A stretch of 63,963 nt of DNA, the filler included, from Folioceros fuciformis (Eukaryota): the NCBI GenBank assembly GCA_049999805.1. It is 9 parts of 9 records of this genome, joined end to end, with 100 filler letters (N's around TTAATTAATTAA, not from the genome) between each part and the next. Parts side by side here need not be neighbours in the genome. Positions count along the whole stretch, not along the records: positions 30,166 to 38,826 come from JBNGIO010004208.1; positions 38,927 to 45,642 come from JBNGIO010004211.1; positions 45,743 to 55,132 come from JBNGIO010004212.1; 6 more parts are not named here. One strand, given 5' to 3'. Positions 36,700 to 49,039 of the stretch are shown piece after piece. The notes below the pieces were generated by a model. That model ran no database searches. It was not told the DNA's origin and saw nothing but the letters and a program-made list of their open reading frames with translations. Position numbers and translations under genes: made by a program. The first letter of the stretch is position 1; every line of letters begins with the position of its first letter.

Positions 36700-38826
36700 G
36701 TAGTGTGTGAGTGTGTGACACTTGTTTCAAGGTTTGGGAGTAGGCAATTGCTTGAATATAGTTCCTCCTCATAGGAAGAGAGCAGCGCTGGTCAGGAGCC
36801 TATAAGCACGTTGGTGATAGTTATAAAATCGTCAATTCAAGAGGAGCTTAGACAGGGTGTTGAAACAAGGCAGAAAAGAAAAGCGAGAGAAGAAGCAGAG
36901 GAAGTTGAAGGCGCAGGTGGCACTGAGGTACAAGAGGCTTTGGATAGCGGCAAACAATCTTTGCTTAAGTGCAGGTGGAATCTCACAGAGACCCATAAGC
37001 TCACTAATGAGGAACTTTGCCAGTTTCCAGCGCAAGTTGAGAAGGAGGTGGAGGAGATAAAGGGAGAACTTGCACTGCGCATGGCGAAGAGAACCAAGTT
37101 TTTTGTAGTTGCACGCAAAGCAAGTGGAGAAATAGCGACTATTGGAGACTTGTGCTCCACAAACTTGTTGTATAGAGAAGGTGTGTCCTTTGCTTTTGGT
37201 ATTCTTATAGGCTAGCAATTGGATGCTACTTTTGGGTTATTAAAGCCCAATGTGCCTAGACTAATGTGTTTAGTCTAAGATTAGTGTCTAGTTAAGTATC
37301 ATTAGTTTAGATTAGCTTAAGCTATTCTCTATGAAGCTTCTTGTGCAGCTTCCTGTGGGCTTTTTGTGAAGCTTCCTAGGGAGCTCTTCTAGAGGGTATA
37401 AATACCCCCTTGAGCTCCCTTGTATGGGTGACTCCCTTGTGAGAGTGTAACCTCTCTTTCTTCTCTCCTCCTTGCCTCCTCCTCTCTTCTCCTTCACCAT
37501 GTAGCTCATAGAGCGTTCCTTCAGGGGATACATAATGAGATGAAAGTGTACTTTAAATACATTTGTAATTTAGATGAGGACATTAGAGAGGATGTTTTTA
37601 GGGGGCTGACATCATTGTATGGAAAAAACATATACGCTGGAACAAGTTTCTCCAAGTACAGAAAAGCATGAGCAGGCAAGAGCATTGCTGAAGTCTATGG
37701 GTAGAAACGTTGGGGTAGATAAAAAGAAGGTTTATTTTTTGCAGTTACACCAAGATGGAGACCAGGTTGGCAATAGCATGCGAATGCCAGACGAGTGGAT
37801 AATAGATATATGAAGCCTATCTTGAAAGTGGAATCAAGCAAAGAGATCAAATGTTTGAGATGTGGAAGCAATACACATGTGATGATAGAGTGCATGGTTA
37901 AAAGATGTAAGTTGTAACCATTGTGGAAAGAAAGGGCATTAAGAAGGGGTTTGTTAGCAGAAACATCTGTCTCTTAGACCTACTAAATTTGGTCAGAAAG
38001 GACATAACATTAAAAATGTTAGACAAGTGCAAAGAGCTAGAGGAAGTTTGTTGGTGGGAATAAGTGAAGAGTCGATGGATAGTTGCATGAAAAAGTCTCA
38101 CAGGATATTAGAACTGCACATATCAGATCTAAAAGTTGAAATAGACATATTGACGGCTGCCAATATTTAGAGTAACTGAGTTAAGATCACAAAGGTTAAA
38201 ACTATGGAAAAGAAGAAAGGGAAGATTGAGGAGGGGGAGGCTTACAAAGAATTCTAGTTGAATGCTTTTGTGTGTGAAGTGGAAGGTGAGAAGGCAGTGA
38301 ATGTGGGGCCATGCAGAAAAGAGTCAATACAAGATTTGTAGAAAAAGGCAAGGATCATGGAAGGACATGTGCCTCATGATGGAAGTACCCTTAGTCATTT
38401 AAAGTTATAGACGTGGATCTGAACAACTTTAGCGTGAGTGTAAAGGAGAAGGCTACAAGCATGCTGGATCAATAGGGAGGTAAAAAGGTAGAGGCTATGT
38501 AGTGGAATCTAATGTTTTGTGTCAGAAATTTGTTGGAGTTGTGTGTTAAAGCAGAAATAGTTGAAGCAAAAATTCAAGAACTTTTACAAGAAGTAGCTTC
38601 TTTTCAACTTAAAGATATGGTTGGGCTAAGAAAAACTATAGTAGTCTGTGTGGACAATGATAAGAGAAGTTTTGAACAAAGAGCGAAAGTTAAGCTAAGA
38701 ATTGCATTTCTAGACAATAACCAACAGGACTTGATAGATGGCTTTACACCAGCAAAAGTATTGATTGATTCAGGAGCCTTGCCCACTTTGATACATTGTG
38801 GCACGACGTACGCGATGGGGTTGAGG
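36700..38826 (+). mobile_element. Decayed Ty3/Gypsy gag-protease
   Basis: Zinc knuckles CLRCGSNTH...C and CNHCGKKGH near 37850-37940; protease VLIDSGA near 38760. Confidence 0.7.
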
Positions 38827-39479
38827 NNNNNNNNNNNNNNNNNNNNNNNNNNNNNNNNNNNNNNNNNNNNTTAATTAATTAANNNNNNNNNNNNNNNNNN
38901 NNNNNNNNNNNNNNNNNNNNNNNNNNAAGAAGAATTCAAAGTTATGTGATACTACTGATACTGACGGAACTTCCTATGGGTCGACGATATATGGACTTTA
39001 ATTCCAACAAAAGGAACACACAACCAACTACTTAAGAGGTAGTCACAAGATATTTTTTTTGCTAAAATTTGTTACGAACTTTTATCTCTAAGGCTTGTAA
39101 TGGGCAGACGAGTTCTTCCTCTATTTCTATAATAAAATTATTTCCATAAATAAAAGAATGATCTATCACACATATATGAACTTCATTAAACTTTCAAACT
39201 TTTATATTTATTTATACATGAGAAAGTTTAAAAAACAATTGAATAATATCTTCATAAGAAAAGAAAGAAACCATGAGAAAGTTACAAAAAATTATCCAAG
39301 AGACCGCAAACCTTATCAATGATTATGTATATTGACACTTCAGTTTTTTTCATTTTATGTATAGCATGTACAACTTTATTCATGTATTTACTCAGTGGTC
39401 TTTATTTACCTATATTCTCAGTGGTATTTACTTGCAACTTTTTTCATAAAACTCTTGAACAATAGGTAAATCTAGTCAG

Positions 39480-41370
39480 AAGTAAGATTTGTGGTCCAAA
39501 AGGGGGATTTGCAGGGTGTGTGATTATAGAAGTGCCCTTGGATACGGTCTAGAGTGAATTTAATGACTAAAGATATGGCCCATAAGTTGGGGTTTCACAA
39601 TTTTGAGCCAATATAGATCTACCTAAGGATGGTGAATCAATCATGAACGATACCCAAGGAGGTACCTACCAATATTGGACGCACGATATTTTTGTTGGCT
39701 CCATATCAAGGGGAGACACTCTCTACCGCCCTAGGGTACACATCCAAGGATTGTGTGGTATCATCTAACAATGATAAGACCTACGGAAAATTGGTGGTAC
39801 AACAAGTGGATGGTAAGGAGACTCCATAGACCGGATCATGAAGGGGATTAGAACAGAAGGCAGTGGACAAAAAGGAAGATACCTGATTTTCTAAAGAAAG
39901 AGTCTGGAACAAGTGTAGGTCGCAAACTGGAGGGTACTCACATAAATCCAGATGCTATAGAGGATTTGGAGCTAAAGGAAGGGAAGGTGGTGAAGATATC
40001 AAAGCATATTGGAGCTAAGGAGAAGGAGGTCTTCAGAGCATTGTTGAGAGAATATATTGATGTGTTTGGCTTTAAAATTACCAACATGACAAGAATTTCG
40101 CAGGAATTCCCAATTCCTCGGAAGTACAGGAACTCCAAGGAGTACACAGCATCAACTTGAAGGAAGGAAGCGAGTCTGTGAGGGTCAAGTAATACCTATT
40201 AAATCCAAAGTATTCAATGGTGGTGAAGGATCAGCTTGATCTGTATCTCAAGGTAGAAGTGATTTACCCAATGCTCACTAGCAATTGGGTGGCACCAATA
40301 ATGGTGGTGCAGAAAAAGTAGAAGGGGAAGGTACGAGTCTCTCAAGGCTTCCAGAAGCTCAAAGAGGCTAAGTTGAAAGATCATCACTCGAGGCTTGTAG
40401 AAGCTCAAAGAGGCTAAGTTGAAAGATCATCACTCGTTATCGTTTCTGGACAATGTCTTAGATACCGTGGCTTGTCATGAGATGTATAGTTTTTTGGATG
40501 GCTACTCAAGATACAACTAGATTTCACTTCGTAAAGAGGACCAAAGCAAAACAATATCCACCATGGATTAGGGAGCATATGCATATTCAAATTTGTCACT
40601 TGGATTATGCAATGCTCCAGCAACATTTTAAAGGGCGGTGAAAACAATTTTTAAGGATTGCCTCATACATTTATGAAGATGTTTCTGGACATTTTTTGTC
40701 GGTAGACAAATCTAAAACCTCATCATGGGAACTGCTTCTTTGGAATGATGGGGGGGATTTTGTTGGCTCTAAAACCTCATCATGGGAACNNNNNNNNNNN
40801 NNNNNNNNNNNNNNNNNNNNNNNNNNNNNNNNNNNNNNNNNNNNNNNNNNNNNNNNNNNNNNNNNNNNNNNNNNNNNNNNNNNNNNNNNGGGATTTTGTT
40901 GGCTCTAAAACCTCATCATGGGAACTGCTTCTTTGGAATGATGGGAGGGATTTTGTTGGCTCTAAAACCTCATCATGGGAACTGCTTCTTTGGAATGATG
41001 GGAGGGATTTTGTTGGCTCATTGGGTTTCTGCTCAAGGGCTGTAGGTTGATAAGGAGAAGGTACCCAATATTGTGGAGATGGATCCTCTGGTCACTATGA
41101 AACAAGTTCGTACTTTCATTAGACTAGTGGGTTATTATAGAAGATTCATTTTGAATTTCGCAAAGAAAGATGCTTCACTCACACAACTTAGGAAAGAAGG
41201 TGTCGTTCAAGTGGACAGCTAAGAGGCAAGATGCTTTTCAAGAGTTTGAAAACGTGTTGGTGAGTGCACCTACTCTTCAACCACCAAATTAGGAGAAGCC
41301 ATTTGATGTCTTTGTGGATGTATAAGCCTATGCCATTCAGGCAGTTCTTAGCCAACGAGATGAGTGATGA
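39480..41370 (+). mobile_element. Decayed Ty3/Gypsy pol (RT to RNase H)
   Basis: YLLNPKYS, WVAPIMVVQK, YSFLDGYS.YN, GLCNAPATF, GYYRRFI. Internal 55-bp repeats at 40713-41020. Confidence 0.8.
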
Positions 41371-42209
41371 GAATCATAAGATGCTCTCTAGTGCATATAA
41401 ATTAACATATATTATAGTGCTAGAGCAAGTGCTTTTATAGCACAAACGGTTACAAAGTGGTTACAAGGTTGTTGTAACCAATATAACAACTAACTACTTG
41501 AGTAACCAATTAAATAACTGTATTTAACCCTAGACATGAATTAGATAAACCCTAGAAATGAATTATATCTAATTCTAGGATTTAATAATATCCTAATGAG
41601 TAGTGCCCTAATATATTTGTATATTTTATCACTCCCACTCACTATGAGATAGGGGTGACGACGAACTATAAGAAAACATATTTGCCTAAAGACATTAATC
41701 TAATGCTAGGATAAGGTAATAATATCCAAAACTTCCTCCCCCCTCTTATTATAATCTTTATTTCAATTTCAAGTCATTTTCTCAATATAAATACCAAAAA
41801 CGAAATGAAGGTAGGAGAAACGACAGACGGGATTTTTTTTTAGGCGGTTAGTTGAAGGTTGAGGTCTCGAGACGGGTGCGATGGTGAAGCAACTGCGAGC
41901 ACCTGTTGGTAGGATCCTGCAGGAAACATTGATGGCTGCTGAGAGCATGGTGCCCTCGGCGCCTATCTAGCATGAGAGAGATACTACACCCGTCGCGAGG
42001 GTCAATAGTGCCGCGCCAAGAATTCCTCCAGACAAAACGGGAGATGAAGGTAACAATGTTGGGTCTGCAACGACTCCAAAATATGGTTTGTACACGAGGC
42101 GTGGGGGTCCTAGCAGGCAAGAGTCGCCTCTGGGAGGCATCGCGAGCCCTGGGCGCCCGTGTTCCTGCAAAAATTGCCAAGATAAAAGTCACAAAAAGAT
42201 AGTGACGGT

Positions 42210-45123
42210 ACATAATGTGAGTTGGAACATACTGAATATCTATTGTTTTATTTTCTAATACTTCTCTAATATAATGATATTCAACTGCAATGTGTTTAGT
42301 TCTAGAATGAAAAACGGGATTACGGGCTAAAGCTATGGCTCCTTGACTATCACTAAACAACATAGTGGGGTTATTTTGAGCATGACCCAGTTCTTTCAAA
42401 ACTAACTTGCTCCATATAATATCCTTGGCTGTTGATGTTAGAACTTTATATTCTAATTCAGTACTTGAAAGTGCAATGGTAGGTTGCTTTTTGCTGGACC
42501 ATGATATTGGTGCATTGCCCAAAACAAGTACATAACCGGAGACGAACTTCCTGGTATCATAGTCTCTAGCATAATCAGCATCGGCATAAGCTGTCAACGT
42601 AAGTGTCTCAATTGCAACCGTATGCCTATACATGAGTTCTATATTCATTGTGCCCTTAAGATATCTAAAAATACGCTTCACTGACATCCAATGTTCACAT
42701 CCAGGATTTTCTAAGAATTGTGAACAGGTGCTTACTTCGAATGAGATGTCTGGTCTAGTGAAATTACTCAAGTATATCGAAGTACCAACAGCATGTCGAT
42801 AAGGAACTATTAACATCTCTTGTTTTTCAGCAACTGCAATTGGACTCATTCAAAAAGTAAGGCGTATACCACTAGCGAATGGTGTAGGAGCAGGCTTAGC
42901 TTCTTCTAGTCCAAATTTAGCCAAGCTTTCTTTTATATATTTTGTCTGAACAATACTCAAGGTTTTATTAACTCTATCACGTATAATGTTGATACCAAGA
43001 GCATATGTCATTTCTCCGAGATTAGTCATCTCAAAATGACCTTGTAACCGAAGTTTTATCTCTGCTAAGAGAGAAGCTGATGATGAAAACATGAATAAAT
43101 CATCAACATATAAAAGTAGATAAAGAATATCATTTTCAGCTTTTAATATATACATGCTGGCATCGACTTTGCTAAGCATAAAACCTTTATTTACCAGCTT
43201 AGTATGTATAGTAACATTCCATTCTTTGCCTGATTGTTTTAGGCCATAAATGCATTTTATAAGTTTGCATACCCAATCTTCTTTTCCCTTAACTTCATAA
43301 CCCTCAGGTTGTCGCATGTAAATTTCTTCTTGAAGACAGCCATATAAATATGTTGTCTTAACATCCATCATGTGAAGATGGAAGTCATATTGTGCAGTTA
43401 AGGAAAAAATCATTCGTAGTGAGGTGAACTTTGCTACTGGGCCATATGTAGCATAAGGTATAAAGATGGAAGAATCATCAGATTCTATGAGAGGAGACAT
43501 AGGGGGAGGAAAATCAGAAGGTCCTCTCACTGGAGAAGAAAACAGGGCAAACTCATGAAATGTAACGCTTCTAGCATAAATCAGCTTGTGATTAGAAGGG
43601 TCAAACAATTTATAGCCTTTGATACCTTCGGTATAACCAATAAACTTGTATTTTGTAGCTTTAGGATCCAATTTCTTGCGTTGTGTAGGAGGAATGAAAA
43701 CATAAGCAGGACATCCGAAGATACGAAGATGATCAATAGAAGGCTTACGACCAATAAAAGCTTCATATGGAGTTTTGCTCTTTACCGCAGAGGTAGGTAA
43801 TCTGTTTAAAAGATAAGTAGCAGTAAGGATAGCTTCTGCCCAATAAATCTTAGGTAATCCGGCTTGAGATAAGAGGCAACCAGTGATTTCTTGTAAACGT
43901 AGATTCTTATTCTCAGCCACACCGTTTTGTTGAGGAGTATAAGCAATAGAAAATTGTTGGGCTATGCCTTCAACCGGGCAAAAATCAGAAAACGCTTGGG
44001 AGGTAAATTCTCCTCCATTATTAGAACGTAAAGTCTTAAGTTTCCTCTCTGTAAGGCGTTTTGCCCATGCCATATAATCCTTGAAGAAATGATAAGCATC
44101 ACTCTTGTGTTTGATAATATAGGTGAGGACAAAACGGGAATAGTCGTCGGTAAAGGTCAAGAAATATCTACTGCCACTGATAGAGGGGGTACAAATAAGA
44201 CCACAAATGTCTGTATGAACAAGCTCAAGAGAGAACTTGGCCCTCTGTGGGGAGATGTTCTTCTTCTGGAAGAAGTTGACCTGAATCACATCGGAGAACT
44301 ACATGACTAGTGCCTGCAATAGGTAGATTATGGTCATCTCCCATAAGGACAGACTTGTGACCTTTTGATGGGGAATAAGACTCAAAAAAGTTCTTACTGT
44401 AGTAGATGTGTGAGGTGGCTGCACTGTCAAGATGTGTGAGGTGGCTGCACTGCAAGGTTCAGAAGGCTTAGAAGAAGCCAAACATACAGTGAGAGCAGAT
44501 GGTGTTGCTGAATGTTGTCTCTTTACAGCAACAAGCGCTCCAGGTGAAGCCTCTTTCCTAGGCTCACCACTTTTCTTCTTTCTGCAATCCTTCTCTAAGT
44601 GGTTAGTAGTTCTGCACCAAGTACATACTATGCTGCTCTTCTTACTACCTTTTGAAGGTGTGGAAGAAGAGGCTATATCCTCAGTGGGATTATATTGAGT
44701 AGAGGCAGGAGAGCGTTGGGGGAATCCTCTACCACGGCCTCGGCCGCGCCCACGGCCTCTGCCCCTACCTCTTCTTGTAAACATCACCTGCTGTCGGCTG
44801 GGACGATATTCTTGTCGCCGGGTTGACTCCTCCTGAATCAATGCTCCAATTAACTCAGTAAGACTTATATCCATAGAATCTTCTGAGTCATATGTCCCCA
44901 TATTTTTACGAGCATTTCTGAAAACAGCGTTTTGAGTGGTAACAAGTGATCTATAGGAGGGTGGCAAAGAGGATAAGAGAACCACAAAGCAATTCAATTT
45001 TGAGATCTTTGAATTGGAGGCGCCCTCAAGTTGTGATCGTGCCAAGCGAAAAGCATTGACATGATGCTCAATGGAGTCTGACTCCTTCATCTTGAGGTTG
45101 TTGAAGTTGCGAGTAGCTGTCAT
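42210..45123 (-). mobile_element. Ty1/Copia gag-pol with internal deletions
   Basis: CTWCRTTNHLEKDC, DSAATSHI, VHTDICG, NGGEF, MMDVKTTYLYG, YVDD, DADYA, DSQGA. Confidence 0.95.
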
Positions 45124-45294
45124 TGACAGGTCATATTTAATTACCTTTTATTAGTTCAGGTTAAGGTTAGAGGATTAGGTGACGGTTACAACTAATACCC
45201 GTCGCCTAGTCAAGTTCACAAGACATGTCTCGTGACGCTCAATCTAATCTAATCACTTCTCTACGCTCACGCGAACATGTCATGGTATCAGAGC
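45124..45294 (+). mobile_element. Short 159-bp LTR (TGACA...TGTCA) followed by a tRNA-iMet primer-binding site
   Basis: Inverted termini at 45124 and 45282; TGGTATCAGAGC at 45283-45294. Confidence 0.75.
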
Positions 45295-46439
45295 TGGCGA
45301 TGATCCATGTCGTGCGTTAACTCTCAGCGCACGAGCAACCTGGATCGGCTATGTGCATTTTTTGTGCACACAGCGCGCATGAAGCTTTAAAAGTCGCATC
45401 GTTCTCATTTTCTAAACTCTTTGCTTCTTGGAAATCTGGACGGGTAACAGCAGCGCGTAGGGAATTCTTTTGCGAGAAAATGACTTCAGGCACCTTGCCT
45501 GCGAGAATGCTCATGAAGGAATTATCCCTGTGCCAACCATGCCTGGACAGTGCAAGCAAGAAAGATTAGCGAGAAGAGCAAGGCGGCTTCAGGAGTGTGA
45601 ACCTCCAAAGTTTGGGGTAGTAGTTTGTTTTGGTTGAAAAAGNNNNNNNNNNNNNNNNNNNNNNNNNNNNNNNNNNNNNNNNNNNNTTAATTAATTAANN
45701 NNNNNNNNNNNNNNNNNNNNNNNNNNNNNNNNNNNNNNNNNNAAGGCCCTCGCAGAATGAACGAGCAAAAGGAATGACGCTCTCCAATTGCCCTACAGCA
45801 TCCAAAAGCTCGTCAAAGATAACTGCCCTGGATATCGTGTCAAAAGCATTTTCTACGTCCACCTATACAATGACCCAGTCTGGGTGAGACTTAAGAATAG
45901 CTGAAACCCCAAATGCGACCAATTCACAACCTCCTGGAGTCGCAATCTCAAATTGGTGCGGATTGAAATGAGATATGAAATGATCTTAGAGTGGCAATCC
46001 CAAATTGGTAAGGATTGAGATGAGATTGGAAATGATCTCAAAGCTGAATAGTAATTCTTCGACTGATGAGCCGCAAGAAAGCCTCTCCCATAGCAATTGG
46101 ACGCACCTCAAGAGTGGCCTTCTATATGGCTAGCAACTTACTTGCCCCCAAAACCTGTGAAACCTGAGGAGGAAAGTTTCCCCCCTCACAGCTGCAGCCG
46201 CCAAAAGAAAAAGCTCTGGACAACCACTAGAGGTATCCTTAGGAGAAAAGTAGTCACGAAGATGATCATAGACTATCCCTCACAAACCCCCGGAAGAAAA
46301 ACATGGGGCATATATAAGGGCTCGCCCAAATATAGCCTTATTCAGAGAGAAAAGCTCCTTTGCAACAAAATTCAAAACCTCCTATGAAATAGAAGATCCC
46401 GATGCTAGATAATGGTCGTGTAAAGCCATTGCAGAGGAA

Positions 46440-46620
46440 CAAGTATTTCTTGAAGGTGGGATTTAGGAGGGACAAGTATTGCTTGAAGGTGGGATGTAGC
46501 TTTAAGGTGGGATTTATGAGGGATAAGTATTGCTTGAAGGTGGGATTTAGGAAGGACAAGTATTCCTTGAAGGTGGGATTTAGGAGGGATAGTATTCCTT
46601 GAAGGTGAGATTTAGCTGTA
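46440..46620. repeat. 33-bp tandem repeat (aagtattgcttgaaggtgggatttaggagggac), about 5 copies
   Basis: Direct reading. Confidence 0.85.
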
Positions 46621-46668
46621 TGATAGAGATTATGGTATGGGCATATGAATCTTTCCATCCCTTCCTTT

Positions 46669-46837
46669 TTAAAGTCTACACAATGTAGATCAAATTGATT
46701 ACATTCCTTTGTTTACAATAGAACAAGGGCGTTATCATAACCGCGTACCCATTTTAAAGTATACACAATGTAGATCAAATTAATTACATTCCTTTGTTTA
46801 CAATAGAACAAAGAACGTTATCATAACCGCGTACCCG
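46669..46837. repeat. ~87-bp tandem duplication
   Basis: acacaatgtagatcaaatt...tcataaccgcgtaccc occurs twice. Confidence 0.85.
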
Positions 46838-47066
46838 TTGGTATTCCCATCTTGCCGAAGGCCACATCGCACTCAAGTGTACCAATTCAGCGTTTCCCAA
46901 CTTTATTCCAGATAATAGGAAAAGGTGCTGCTTGAAGGTGCAAGACGTCCAAATTCTCGTGACAAACCTGCCCTCACCTTCACCAACTGAACCCAGTGGT
47001 CAATGTCCCATGGTCAGGAAGGTGCTGAAGACAAGGTGCACCCAGTGTCCCTTGTGTGCACATTGA

Positions 47067-48119
47067 TCAGTCGGTGTAGTTCGGGAGGGACGCCTCCGGG
47101 GCTCCTTGCACGGCGGCAGCGGAAGGAACCACATTCAGGTCGGGTTCTACATGCTTCTTCAGCAGAAAATCCGGAAGGGGAGGAATGCCGAACAAGTAGA
47201 ACGTGTAGAAGAGCTTGGTAGGAAAGATTATCTGGTGCAGTTTCACGAATCCGTACACTCCTCTGAATATTCCCGCGCCCCCAACCACAGCCAGCTCTGT
47301 GTCTTGGTATGTTAGGTAAGGGCCCTGCGTTACAACCAGTGCATTAGACTTGCTTGCAACGCTACACCCTTGGTAATGCGCGAGAGTATGGTGAAGAGGA
47401 CGGGACACGGCTACCTGGATGGTAACATGGCCGTAATCACCGAAGTAGAAGCTGTAATTGGCCTCGAACCTCTGCCCGTTCTTCTCGGGTACAGTCTTGA
47501 TGACTGCAGTTGTACCAGCCGTGATTCCCAGCCTGAGGGTTAATGATCCATCGTACAGCTGCCAGCACAATAGGCACGAACCACACACACCTTCCCCACA
47601 TTGAGAGCTCTTACAAAACACAACAACACAAGCACAAGCTAATTGATCCCAACCACAACGTTCTGGACAGGACAGGCCTCGCACCGTGGAAAGACTCGTG
47701 CTGCAGTTACTAACCTTGTTGGAGAAGGGCACCAGATCACCGATGGCAAGCACGGGGTTCCCGTTAGCATCCACCACCTTGGCCAGGGTCGGAGCCTGCG
47801 AGTTAAAAGGGGACCTGGACAAGGCGAGAACGGCAGGGCTGTGTCTATCTCCCTCGTTTATCTCGTACACTCGAAGCACCTGCGCCTTCTTCGGATCGAT
47901 AGTCCGCTCCGCCTCCTTCTCCTTGATGAAGAAAAATGCGTCAGCTGAGCCAGGGCCGGAGCCCGCAGGAGTGGAGACGGAAACCTCCCGCCTCGCCATC
48001 CCCAAGCTCACCGAGGCTTGCCCCCCCAGCCTCTGCCGCACACTCGCCAGCGAAGAGAAGGCCTCCGAAGAGCTCCGGTGCACCAGGGATGGCAGCGAGC
48101 GTCCGCATAGCGCAGCCAT
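47067..48119 (-). CDS. AOC: Allene oxide cyclase, plastid-targeted. Exons 48119-47715, 47558-47415, 47324-47067
   Basis: VYEINEGDRHSP, GDLVPFSNK|LYDG, RLGITAG, YSFYFGDYGH, GPYLTY, KLHQIIFPTKLFYTFYL; S/A/R-rich transit peptide. Confidence 0.95.
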   Translation of the reverse strand: MAALCGRSLPSLVHRSSSEAFSSLASVRQRLGGQASVSLGMARREVSVSTPAGSGPGSADAFFFIKEKEAERTIDPKKAQVLRVYEINEGDRHSPAVLALSRSPFNSQAPTLAKVVDANGNPVLAIGDLVPFSNKVSNCSTSLSTVRGLSCPERCGWDQLACACVVVFCKSSQCGEGVCGSCLLCWQLYDGSLTLRLGITAGTTAVIKTVPEKNGQRFEANYSFYFGDYGHVTIQVAVSRPLHHTLAHYQGCSVASKSNALVVTQGPYLTYQDTELAVVGGAGIFRGVYGFVKLHQIIFPTKLFYTFYLFGIPPLPDFLLKKHVEPDLNVVPSAAAVQGAPEASLPNYTD

Positions 48120-49039
48120 TCTCCGCAATTCCTTCTCCGTCACCAGCGCTCGCCGTAGCCCGTCGCGCTCATCTGCCTCAACAACGTTTGAGGCAGAAAC
48201 TGCGATCAGTACCGGGGGCCAGCAGACAGGAGTAGGAATACGGAATATGAGCGAGGCGAGCACCAATCAGGAAGCGCTGCTGTCCGTGTAGAGACCAGCT
48301 AGCAAAAGAGCTGAGGGTTGCTGGCTAGCGATCTACAGCATCCGGTCCCTTTCAGACTAAGGCCTATCTTTGTGCCCAAGAATCTTTTCACCGGACGCTC
48401 ACGAATCTGACTGCCCTGCTGTTTGAAGACGATCTGCTGTTTTCTTTCTTTTTCTTTTTCGTCGACACGAGATCTGCCGCTTTCGCCTACCTGGCGTCAA
48501 TAAGTGCGGCATGAGGGTACTTATTAATTACAATAAAATGTACGTGCGTAGTATAGGTGTATGTCGTATTTGTTTTTCCACATAAACAAAGAACCTTGGA
48601 TCCTTTCTTGGCTGTCCCTTAGTTAGAAGAACGAATTAAAAATAGTAAGACTGTGTATAAAATGTACAACTATGAAGTCTATGGTAGTCTACTACAGAGA
48701 AATTTTCTATTTGTGGTCTCGTGGGAAGTTTGGAGTGGAGTTGAGCCCAGTGGTCAGCAGAAGCTCCGTGGGAACAAGTAGGACCCCCAACTAGGGAAGG
48801 AAAGGTGTCTCGTAACCGGGGAAGGGAGGTTACCTCTTAGCCGGGGCAAGGAGGGAACCTCTTAGTTGGGGCAAGAAGGGGCCTCGAATTTGTGTGTTTT
48901 TAGTGTGTTTGTAGTGTGTTTCTTGGCAGCAAAAGCTCCGTGGGAAAAAGTAGGAGCCCCAACTAGGGAAAGGAAGGTGACTCATAACCAGGGAAGGGAG
49001 GTTATCTCTTAGCCAGGGCAAGGAGGGGACCTCTTAGTC

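Noticed and set aside
47067-48266. 399-aa single-exon AOC from the ORF track
   Set aside because: Reads through two GT-AG introns and begins at a non-ATG codon; the spliced model from 48119 fits the family.
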